Of a stretch of 32,000 bases of DNA, positions 25,831 through 32,000 are shown in pieces (the stretch's first letter is position 1; the number at the start of each line of letters is the position of its first letter). A program made the position numbers and the translations under genes. The stretch is from assembly GCA_963718915.1 (NCBI GenBank), contig CAVRAI010000009.1:60001-92000 (forward strand), written 5' to 3'. The stretch comes from an uncultured Chloroflexia bacterium (GTDB lineage: Bacteria > Chloroflexota > Ktedonobacteria > Ktedonobacterales > JADMIN01). The notes under the pieces are model-generated. The model did no database searches. It saw only the letters and a program-made list of their open reading frames with translations, and was not told where the DNA came from.

Positions 25831-26976
25831 ATGGCTGCCAAACGCGATTATTACGAGCTACTGGGCGTGAGCAGGAGTGCCTCCGAAGACGAGATCAAGA
25901 AGGCATTTCGCGGGCTGGCGCGAAAATATCATCCTGATGTCAATAAGGAAAAGGGCGCTGAAGAACGCTTCAAAGAGATTAATGAGGCGTATGAGGTGCT
26001 GGGCGACGCGCAGAAACGCCAGGCGTATGACCGCTTCGGCCATGCGGGCGTCTCCGGCGCTGGCGCAGGTGCGGCCGGTAACCCCTTCGAGGGCTTCGGC
26101 TTTGGCAGCTTCAATGACTTGTTCGAGCAACTCTTTGCCAATGCCTCCGCGGGCACACGCCGTGGCGCGCCGCAGCGTGGCGCTGACCTGAAATATGAGT
26201 TGACGCTTTCCTTTGAAGAAGCCGTACATGGCTGCCAGAAAGAGATTGATATCCCGCGCTGGGAGTCATGCTCCAACTGTCGTGGCAATGGCGCGCAGCC
26301 GGGCACGAATACGACACGCTGCCCAAACTGCCAGGGAACCGGCGAGATTCGTCGCGTGCAGCAGTCGATCTTTGGCCAGTTCGTCAACGTGATGGTCTGT
26401 GACCGCTGCCGTGGCGAGGGACGCATCATCACCACGCCCTGCGAGCGCTGCCACGGCCAGGGGCGCGTGCGTAATGTGCGCCGCGTGCCGGTCAACATTC
26501 CCGCTGGAGTGGACGACGGCATCACAGTCAGGGTGACGGGTGAGGGCGAGGCGCCCGCGCGTGGTGGCACGCCGGGCAATCTGCTCATCACGCTCAACGT
26601 CAAGCCGCACGAATACTTCAAGCGGCAGGCCAGCGACATCCTCTTCGAGTTGCCGGTGAGCTTCGCCGATGCGTCGATGGGCGCGGAGGTTGAGGTACCT
26701 ACCCTCGACGGCAAAGAGACGGTGAAGATGCCCGCGGGTACGCAGAGCGGACGTATGTTCCGGCTCAAGGGCAAGGGCGTGCCGCTGGTACACAGCAACT
26801 CGCGAGGCGACGAGCTGGTGACGGTCAAGGTGGTCATCCCACAGAACCTCACCTCGCGGCAGAAAGAGCTGCTGAAAGAGTTCGCCGAGATCGAGCGCCA
26901 GCAGAATGAGAAGGGCGCGCACAATCTCTTCGAGCGCGTCTCCGATAAGATCAAGGACGCGCTCCAGTTCGAGTAA
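25831..26976 (+). CDS. dnaJ: Co-chaperone DnaJ (type I: J-domain, G/F region, four CxxCxGxG zinc motifs)
   Basis: DYYELLGV...[16 protein letters not shown] is the J-domain. The zinc motifs are [24 protein letters not shown] and [11 protein letters not shown] at 25831 with a GAGGAAG SD. It is separated from dnaK by 270 nt. Confidence 0.95.
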   Translation: MAAKRDYYELLGVSRSASEDEIKKAFRGLARKYHPDVNKEKGAEERFKEINEAYEVLGDAQKRQAYDRFGHAGVSGAGAGAAGNPFEGFGFGSFNDLFEQLFANASAGTRRGAPQRGADLKYELTLSFEEAVHGCQKEIDIPRWESCSNCRGNGAQPGTNTTRCPNCQGTGEIRRVQQSIFGQFVNVMVCDRCRGEGRIITTPCERCHGQGRVRNVRRVPVNIPAGVDDGITVRVTGEGEAPARGGTPGNLLITLNVKPHEYFKRQASDILFELPVSFADASMGAEVEVPTLDGKETVKMPAGTQSGRMFRLKGKGVPLVHSNSRGDELVTVKVVIPQNLTSRQKELLKEFAEIERQQNEKGAHNLFERVSDKIKDALQFE

Positions 26977-27085
26977 AGAAGGCTTGCGGTTAAACCCGCG
27001 CCTATACGGCCCGCGGCCACGAAGCCGCCTGCGCGGACTTCCCAGAATGTCTCCCATCGAGATGCCCGCTGGCAAGAGGAGTAGT

Positions 27086-27107
27086 GAAACCCGCGACGGC
27101 GGGTTTC
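27086..27107 (+). terminator. Perfect 9-bp/4-nt-loop hairpin downstream of dnaJ (terminator-like; one of three related palindromic units)
   Basis: GAAACCCGC-GACG-GCGGGTTTC. The trailing TTTC is part of the stem, so the U-tract is weak. Related units lie at 26986-27002 and 27135-27151. Confidence 0.35.
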
Positions 27108-27269
27108 GTGGCGGAGCGTCAGCGAGACCGTTCAGGCGCGGTTTTAACCGCCCGCATCCGTGTTCGCTGACCCACTCCGCGAGAAGGGTGGCCATCCATC
27201 AGCCTCACGCTCAACCTCGACGCGCTCGCCCATCCTGGCAGACGCCAGCCAGTCTTCGCGCCGCATGGC

Positions 27270-28820
27270 GTGGTCGCCACCAGCCAGCCACTGGCCTCAC
27301 AGGCTGGTCTGGCCATCCTCCGGCAGGGCGGCAATGCCGTGGACGCCGCGCTGGCAGCGGGCATCGCGCTGACCGTCGTCGAACCAGCCTCGAATAGCAT
27401 CGGCGGCGATACTCTGGCGCTCGTCTGGGATGGTGAGCGGCTCCACGGTCTGAATGGAACAGGGAGGGCACCCGCCGCGCTCACCCCGGAGACGCTGCGA
27501 CGCCAGGGTCATAACGCGATGCCGCTCCATCACTGGTCGGCCGTCACCGTGCCGGGAGCGCCCGCCGCCTGGCGCGATCTGCACGAGCGTTTCGGCAGGC
27601 TGCCCTTCGCGACACTCTTCACCGCCGCCATCGACTACGCCGAGCGCGGCTATCCCGTCCCGCCCATCTCACAGCGGGGGTGGCGCCGCTCGCTGGAACA
27701 GATTCACACGAGCCTGACAGGCGACGAGTTCGCGGGGCTGCCCGCCGTCTTCGCGCCAGAGGGACGCGCGCCGCACGTCGGCGAGGTCTGGCGCAACCCG
27801 GAGATAGCGCGGACGCTGCGGCTCATCGCCGAGACAAACGCCGACGCTTTCTATCGCGGCGAGATTGCCGAGTGCATCGTGGCTTTCGCCGCGCGCACAG
27901 GCGGGTTCCTGGCGGCGGATGACCTGGCGCGGCATACCAGCGACTGGGTCGAGCCAATTACGACGAGCTACCGTGGCTACGACGTCTGGGAGATGCCACC
28001 CAGCACGCAGGGATTGGCCGCGCTGCTGGCGCTCAATATCCTCGAAGGCTACGAACTGAGCCAGTTCCCGCGCGACTCGGTGGAAAGCTTCCACATGCAA
28101 CTTGAGGCGATGAAACTGGCCTTCGCCGATGTACACCACTTCGTCGCCGACCCACAACACGAGCATATTCCCGTCGAGGAGCTGCTCTCCAAGGCGTATG
28201 CCGCGAAACGCCGCGCGCTGATTGGTGAGCAGGCGCTGCTGGCCGAGGTGGGCGATCCGCTGGGCAGCGATACGACCTATCTCTGCGCCGCCGACGCCGA
28301 CGGGATGATGGTGAGCTTCATCCAGTCCACGTTCCACTCCTTCGGCGCGCACATCGTCGTGCCGGGGACGGGCTTCCCGCTGCAAAATCGCGGCCACGGC
28401 TTCTCGCTCGTCGAGGGCCACGCCAACATCCTCGCGCCGGGCAAGCGCCCGTTCCATACCCTCATCCCCGGCTTCCTGACGCGGGCGGGCCAGGCCATTG
28501 GGCCATTCGGCGTGATGGGCGGGCATATGCAGCCGCAGGGGCATGTGCAGATGATGGTCAATACGCTCGACTACGCGATGGATCCTCAGAGCAGCCTTGG
28601 CGCGCCGCGCTGGTGGTGGGGGGAGAAGCGCTTCATCAAACTGGAGCCGGGCTCAGCGGCGGTCGCCGGGGAGCTGGCGGCACGCGGCCATGCGGTCGAG
28701 GTGGACGCCGAGGTGGATTGGGCGGGGCGCGGCCAGATCATCTGGCGCCTCTCTGACGAAACCGGCGGCTATATCGCGGGCAGCGAGCCGCGCGCCGATG
28801 GGCAGGCGGCAGGCTATTAG
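27270..28820 (+). CDS. ggt: Gamma-glutamyltransferase (YwrD-like, no signal peptide)
   Basis: VATSQPLASQAGLAILRQGGNAVDAALAAGIALTVVEPASNSIGGD is family-typical. The autoprocessing/catalytic Thr context is GSDTTYLCAADADG, and GGHMQPQGHVQ is also present. The listed GTG (27270) is the first canonical start, but family-like sequence continues in frame upstream to about 27201 (see findings). Confidence 0.85.
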   Translation: MVATSQPLASQAGLAILRQGGNAVDAALAAGIALTVVEPASNSIGGDTLALVWDGERLHGLNGTGRAPAALTPETLRRQGHNAMPLHHWSAVTVPGAPAAWRDLHERFGRLPFATLFTAAIDYAERGYPVPPISQRGWRRSLEQIHTSLTGDEFAGLPAVFAPEGRAPHVGEVWRNPEIARTLRLIAETNADAFYRGEIAECIVAFAARTGGFLAADDLARHTSDWVEPITTSYRGYDVWEMPPSTQGLAALLALNILEGYELSQFPRDSVESFHMQLEAMKLAFADVHHFVADPQHEHIPVEELLSKAYAAKRRALIGEQALLAEVGDPLGSDTTYLCAADADGMMVSFIQSTFHSFGAHIVVPGTGFPLQNRGHGFSLVEGHANILAPGKRPFHTLIPGFLTRAGQAIGPFGVMGGHMQPQGHVQMMVNTLDYAMDPQSSLGAPRWWWGEKRFIKLEPGSAAVAGELAARGHAVEVDAEVDWAGRGQIIWRLSDETGGYIAGSEPRADGQAAGY

Positions 28821-28856
28821 CCCTTACCTCTTTCATCGCCCGGCGCTGGCCGATGC

Positions 28857-29660
28857 TCAACAGACGGCATGATAGCTGGTATCAGACGAGGCGACATCGG
28901 GCAGCTTATGAAGCTGATCGCGCCAGGTGACGGCGCTGACGAGCGGGACAGGAGCAACGACGAGCGCATGCGAATAGCTGAATGTGATCTCCTGACCCAT
29001 CGGATGCCACTGCTGCGGGTGCTGATGGGGCAGCAGCGATTGCTCATAACACGGATCGGCCAGCCGCAGCCCCAGATTACTGACATCGTAGAGCGCGGTA
29101 TCGTAGTCCACGCCTGCCGCGAACGTGACATAGGCGTAAATGCCAAGCGGTTCGAGCACCTGATTGTCAGCTGGATTGAGCGTCAGTACGTCTGGGGCGA
29201 CCTTCGGCGGCGGTGGACCAGCGTTGGCATGGCCGTCCGAGCAGCCGTAATTTTGCGATGAGGAATCCGTGTGAAACCCTGAAAGTTTATATATCTTCAG
29301 CCATTCTTGCCCAGTGATGGTCTGCACCACCCACATCCGATGTTCTTGCTGGAACCGATCTCGCTGGCCGGCGGGCAGCCACTTAGACTCGATGACCTTT
29401 CCAGCGGCAACGTCGCTGGGGTACCCACAGAATACCGCGGGCTGGACACCCAGATCCGTCATTCCGCGTAAGGCATCGGCATAGGAGACCGAGGCGTCGA
29501 AGAGAACCGGTACTGCGCTTATCGGTGGAGCGCTTGGAGTACACTTGTCTGTACAATCATTCGGCAAGGAGATACGACAACTGGCCAGGATGAGCAAACC
29601 ACAAGCAAGCGCCAGCAGCGTCAACGCCCTGCCAAGTCTGAATCTAATGCGTCGTGACAT
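28857..29660 (-). CDS. Lipoprotein of unknown function with an internal duplication
   Basis: Signal peptide MSRRIRFRLGRALTLLALACGLLILASC has a lipobox. There are two related segments: VSYADALRGMTDLGVQPAVFCG and VDYDTALYDVSNLGLRLADPCY. ATG at 29660. Confidence 0.55.
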   Translation of the reverse strand: MSRRIRFRLGRALTLLALACGLLILASCRISLPNDCTDKCTPSAPPISAVPVLFDASVSYADALRGMTDLGVQPAVFCGYPSDVAAGKVIESKWLPAGQRDRFQQEHRMWVVQTITGQEWLKIYKLSGFHTDSSSQNYGCSDGHANAGPPPPKVAPDVLTLNPADNQVLEPLGIYAYVTFAAGVDYDTALYDVSNLGLRLADPCYEQSLLPHQHPQQWHPMGQEITFSYSHALVVAPVPLVSAVTWRDQLHKLPDVASSDTSYHAVC

Positions 29661-29782
29661 CGCACGTTCCCACTCTATTTCGCGCACCTGTTGCAGCCAA
29701 CTCGCGATGGGCCACCCACGATGGGAGCCAGAACGCCAAAGCCCTGACCGGCATACGAACTATGCGCACCGACCGCACGGAT

Positions 29783-30532
29783 TCAACTGGGATTTACAGC
29801 TATGCGCCGCACCGTGATATACGCGATCTCGCCAAGGGCGTGACGCTCGCCCTCCATCGCGAAGTCGAAGCGATTGGCCGCCAGCGCGGCGGTCACGTCG
29901 CCCGCGGGAAAATCTTCCAACCCCTGCAAGAAGATGCCGCTACATTCAATGGCGCTGATTCGCTCGATGCTCCGCGCCAGAACGGCGTCGGCGTCGTCTC
30001 GTCTGGTGAGTAGCGCCTCCAGATAGTCGGCGCAGGCCTCGTCTTCGATGGATTGTCTTCCGCCATCCTCAAACGTACTCGCCGTTGGCATCAGCGTCAT
30101 CTGGCCCGCTCCGATTGTTGCGGCCAGCTGCGCGGCATACGTTGCCGTGGCGCGCGCGTTGACTAGCGAGGCCACCAGCAGCCGCGAGGCATGGCGAGCG
30201 TTGACGGCGCCCTGCGTGCCCGCGCCGGTCCGCTGGATGATGAGGCGGTCGCGCACATCAGCGGACTGCATGCGCGCCGGGGAATTATTGAGATCGAAGC
30301 CGGGAATAAGACGTCCGCCTACCTCGCCCGCCAGAAGTGCGTCGGGATGAGCCTCATCGCGCAGAGTAAGCGCTTCCTCGACGCCGCGCACTAGCAGCAA
30401 CTCGCGCGCGCCTCCCGCCAGCGCATACGCCGAAACCGTGAAGGCGCGTAACACATCAATGACCACGACAACGCCACGCGCCTGTTCGGCATTGCTTCCA
30501 TGGATACGCACAACATCGACCGTTTTCGCCAC
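29783..30532 (-). CDS. comB: 2-phosphosulfolactate phosphatase family protein (ComB-like)
   Basis: Family motifs VVVIDVLRAFTVSAYAL and GFDLNNSP are present. The GTG start immediately follows the corA TAG stop (TAGGTG). Confidence 0.7.
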   Translation of the reverse strand: MAKTVDVVRIHGSNAEQARGVVVVIDVLRAFTVSAYALAGGARELLLVRGVEEALTLRDEAHPDALLAGEVGGRLIPGFDLNNSPARMQSADVRDRLIIQRTGAGTQGAVNARHASRLLVASLVNARATATYAAQLAATIGAGQMTLMPTASTFEDGGRQSIEDEACADYLEALLTRRDDADAVLARSIERISAIECSGIFLQGLEDFPAGDVTAALAANRFDFAMEGERHALGEIAYITVRRIAVNPS

Positions 30533-31516
30533 CTAGATCCATCCTCGCCGTTTGAAGAACAACAGTTGTCCGACGGTAATAACCAGCATCAGCAGCAGCA
30601 CAAGCCAGAAATTGAGGCCGCCGTCATGCTCCACCTGGGGCATATGGCCAAAGTTCTGCCCGAAGACTCCGGTCACGAAGGTGATCGGCAGAAAGATCGT
30701 CGCGATGATCGTCAGTTGCTTCATGACGACGTTGAGCCGGTTGGAGACGGTCGTCAGGTAGACATCGAGCAGGCCGCTCATCAGGTCGCGATAGGAGTCG
30801 AGCACCTCGAAGGCGCGAATCAGATGGTCATGCACATCGCTGAAATAGGCCTCGGTGTCGGCGGGGATGTATTCGCGGGTGCGGGTAATCAGCGCGTTCG
30901 TCACCTCAACGCTGGGGCTGATGACCCGCCGCATATGCGCCACCTCGCGCTTGATATGGAAGATGCGCGCCTGCACCTGATTCGAGGTCGTACTGACGGT
31001 CAGGTCTTCGAGCTGGTCGATCACGTCGTCGAGGTCGTCGAGGACGGGGAAGTAGTCGTCAACCAGCCCCGAAAGGACGGTGTAGAGCAGATAGGCGCAG
31101 CCGCGCTTGCCAGGGCTTTCGTCGCTGGTATCGACGCGCACGGACTCGCGCAGCTTGTCCATCCACTCTAACGGCTGGCGGTGCAGCGTCACCAGGTAGT
31201 GCTTGCTGAAGATGACATCCAGCTTCGGCGTGCTGGCGTCCTCGGTCTGCTGGTCGAAGCCGATGCCATGCATGACGAGGTAGAAGTAGTTGTGCCCCTC
31301 GACAAACTTGGCCCGCTCATGCTCTTCGCCGATGGTGCGCACCGTCAGCCGCGAGAGGCCAAAGGTATGCGAGAGCAGCTTCTGGGCCTCGGTTGGATCG
31401 CCTTCGATGTCGAGCCAGATCAGCGAGCCTTCGACATTGAGTTCCTGGCTCAGGTTGCTGGGCGAGAGGCCGGTTTGCAGTTCGCCATTCTGCCACACGA
31501 GGAGATGTTGTCGCAC
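30533..31516 (-). CDS. corA: CorA-family divalent-cation channel with an atypical GQN signature
   Basis: The C-terminus has two TM helices flanking FLPITFVTGVFGQNFGHMP, where canonical CorA has YGMNF. Overall length and layout are CorA-like. GTG start at 31516. Confidence 0.8.
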   Translation of the reverse strand: MRQHLLVWQNGELQTGLSPSNLSQELNVEGSLIWLDIEGDPTEAQKLLSHTFGLSRLTVRTIGEEHERAKFVEGHNYFYLVMHGIGFDQQTEDASTPKLDVIFSKHYLVTLHRQPLEWMDKLRESVRVDTSDESPGKRGCAYLLYTVLSGLVDDYFPVLDDLDDVIDQLEDLTVSTTSNQVQARIFHIKREVAHMRRVISPSVEVTNALITRTREYIPADTEAYFSDVHDHLIRAFEVLDSYRDLMSGLLDVYLTTVSNRLNVVMKQLTIIATIFLPITFVTGVFGQNFGHMPQVEHDGGLNFWLVLLLMLVITVGQLLFFKRRGWI

Positions 31517-31646
31517 GCTGTGCGCTCGCTTTCATCGGGTTTATACCCATCGGCCAGGAGAATTCCCCTGGACACCGTTCACCATCATACGACGATGATG
31601 GCGACGACGATGCGAGCGCAGTACAACAGGCGTCGGCGCTACCTGG

Positions 31647-32000
31647 TCAAGACTGTTTGCGCGCCTCCCTGCCCGGCTCCCAACCTGCTTCGTGGTAGTA
31701 GAGCGGTTCATCCAGGCCCATCACCTGGCGCAGATAGACCAGCTCGCCCAGGTGATAGCAGCGGTGACGGATCGCCGACCAGATAGCGGCGCGATAGGTC
31801 ATGGTATCGCCTGTCCACCAGGTCAGTGGCTCATCCAGCTTGCCGGGCGTTGCGATTTCCTGCTGCAGCTCCTCATGCGCCTTGCGAAAGGCGGCAAGCG
31901 CTTCGTCTTTGCTGGCCGGTTTTTCAGGAACGGCGTTGAAGGCCAGATGCCAGACGATGTCAAGCGCCGATGTGGCTTTCTCGTTGGGACGCCAGGCAAA
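31647..32000 (-). CDS. DinB-family (DinB_2-like) protein, C-terminal part; 5' end lies outside the window
   Basis: This ORF is not in the supplied track because it runs off the window. My own translation of the minus strand from 32000 gives FAWRPNEKATSALDIVWHLAFN...AAIWSAIRHRCYHLGELVYLRQVMGLDEPLYY...KQS*, with the stop at 31647-31649. The H..CYHLGEL motif is DinB-like. Confidence 0.65.
   Translation of the reverse strand, partial: FAWRPNEKATSALDIVWHLAFNAVPEKPASKDEALAAFRKAHEELQQEIATPGKLDEPLTWWTGDTMTYRAAIWSAIRHRCYHLGELVYLRQVMGLDEPLYYHEAGWEPGREARKQS

Noticed and set aside
26906-27397. ORFs 26906-27397(+) and 27160-27372(+) as genes between dnaJ and ggt.
   Set aside because: Both have Arg/Pro-rich, non-coding-like composition. 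They overlap the palindromic-repeat spacer and the ggt 5' region in other frames.
50-28544. Many long ORFs antisense to or overlapping confident genes. Examples: 50-859(-), 2686-3447(-), 3455-4165(-), 7775-8413(-), 9708-10298(+), 13225-13944(+), 16660-17328(+), 24507-25262(-), 25929-27020(-), 26266-27195(-), 27669-28544(-).
   Set aside because: Their translations are Arg/Ala/Pro/Gly-rich and low in complexity, which is typical of shadow ORFs in GC-rich DNA. In every case the opposite or alternate frame encodes a recognisable protein family.
31181-31786. A 201-aa plus-strand ORF spanning the corA 5' end and the DinB-like gene.
   Set aside because: It is antisense to two recognisable minus-strand genes and has low-complexity Arg/Pro/Gly composition.

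Overview
This is a GC-rich bacterial chromosomal window. By eye it is roughly 60-65% G+C, with a few clearly AT-richer patches. All calls come from reading the six-frame track and the DNA directly, with family motifs recalled from memory. No searches were run.

Genes, in order:
- 5'-truncated GMC oxidoreductase
- satP/YaaH-type acetate channel (-)
- acetyl-CoA synthetase gene broken by four frameshifts
- a minus-strand trio: NpmA/KamB-like 16S rRNA m1A1408 methyltransferase, a Phd/YefM-like small gene (frameshifted) and an AadA-like nucleotidyltransferase (frameshifted)
- PadR regulator plus its membrane partner
- orphan J-domain protein
- TIR-like/TPR protein
- F420-type (DDN family) oxidoreductase
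- diaminopropionate ammonia-lyase
- YabN/MazG
- parvulin-type PPIase lipoprotein
- PQQ-like beta-propeller protein
- MFS transporter
- an AT-richer two-gene cassette bounded by perfect 39-bp direct repeats
- PhzF-family isomerase
- orphan hypothetical gene
- CIRCE-controlled hrcA-grpE-dnaK-dnaJ cluster
- gamma-glutamyltransferase
- lipoprotein
- ComB-like phosphatase
- CorA-family channel with a GQN (not GMN) signature
- 3'-window-truncated DinB-family gene

No tRNA, rRNA or CRISPR array was seen.

Most notable observations:
- the direct-repeat-bounded cassette inserted at the 3' end of the MFS gene
- a stacked, partly decayed aminoglycoside-resistance-like operon with a hairpin abutting its Shine-Dalgarno (SD) sequence
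- six frame-breaking indels clustered within about 3.2 kb while the rest of the window reads cleanly
- a long two-tier inverted repeat between convergent genes
- the TIR-like/TPR gene, followed by a 500-bp repeat-rich spacer
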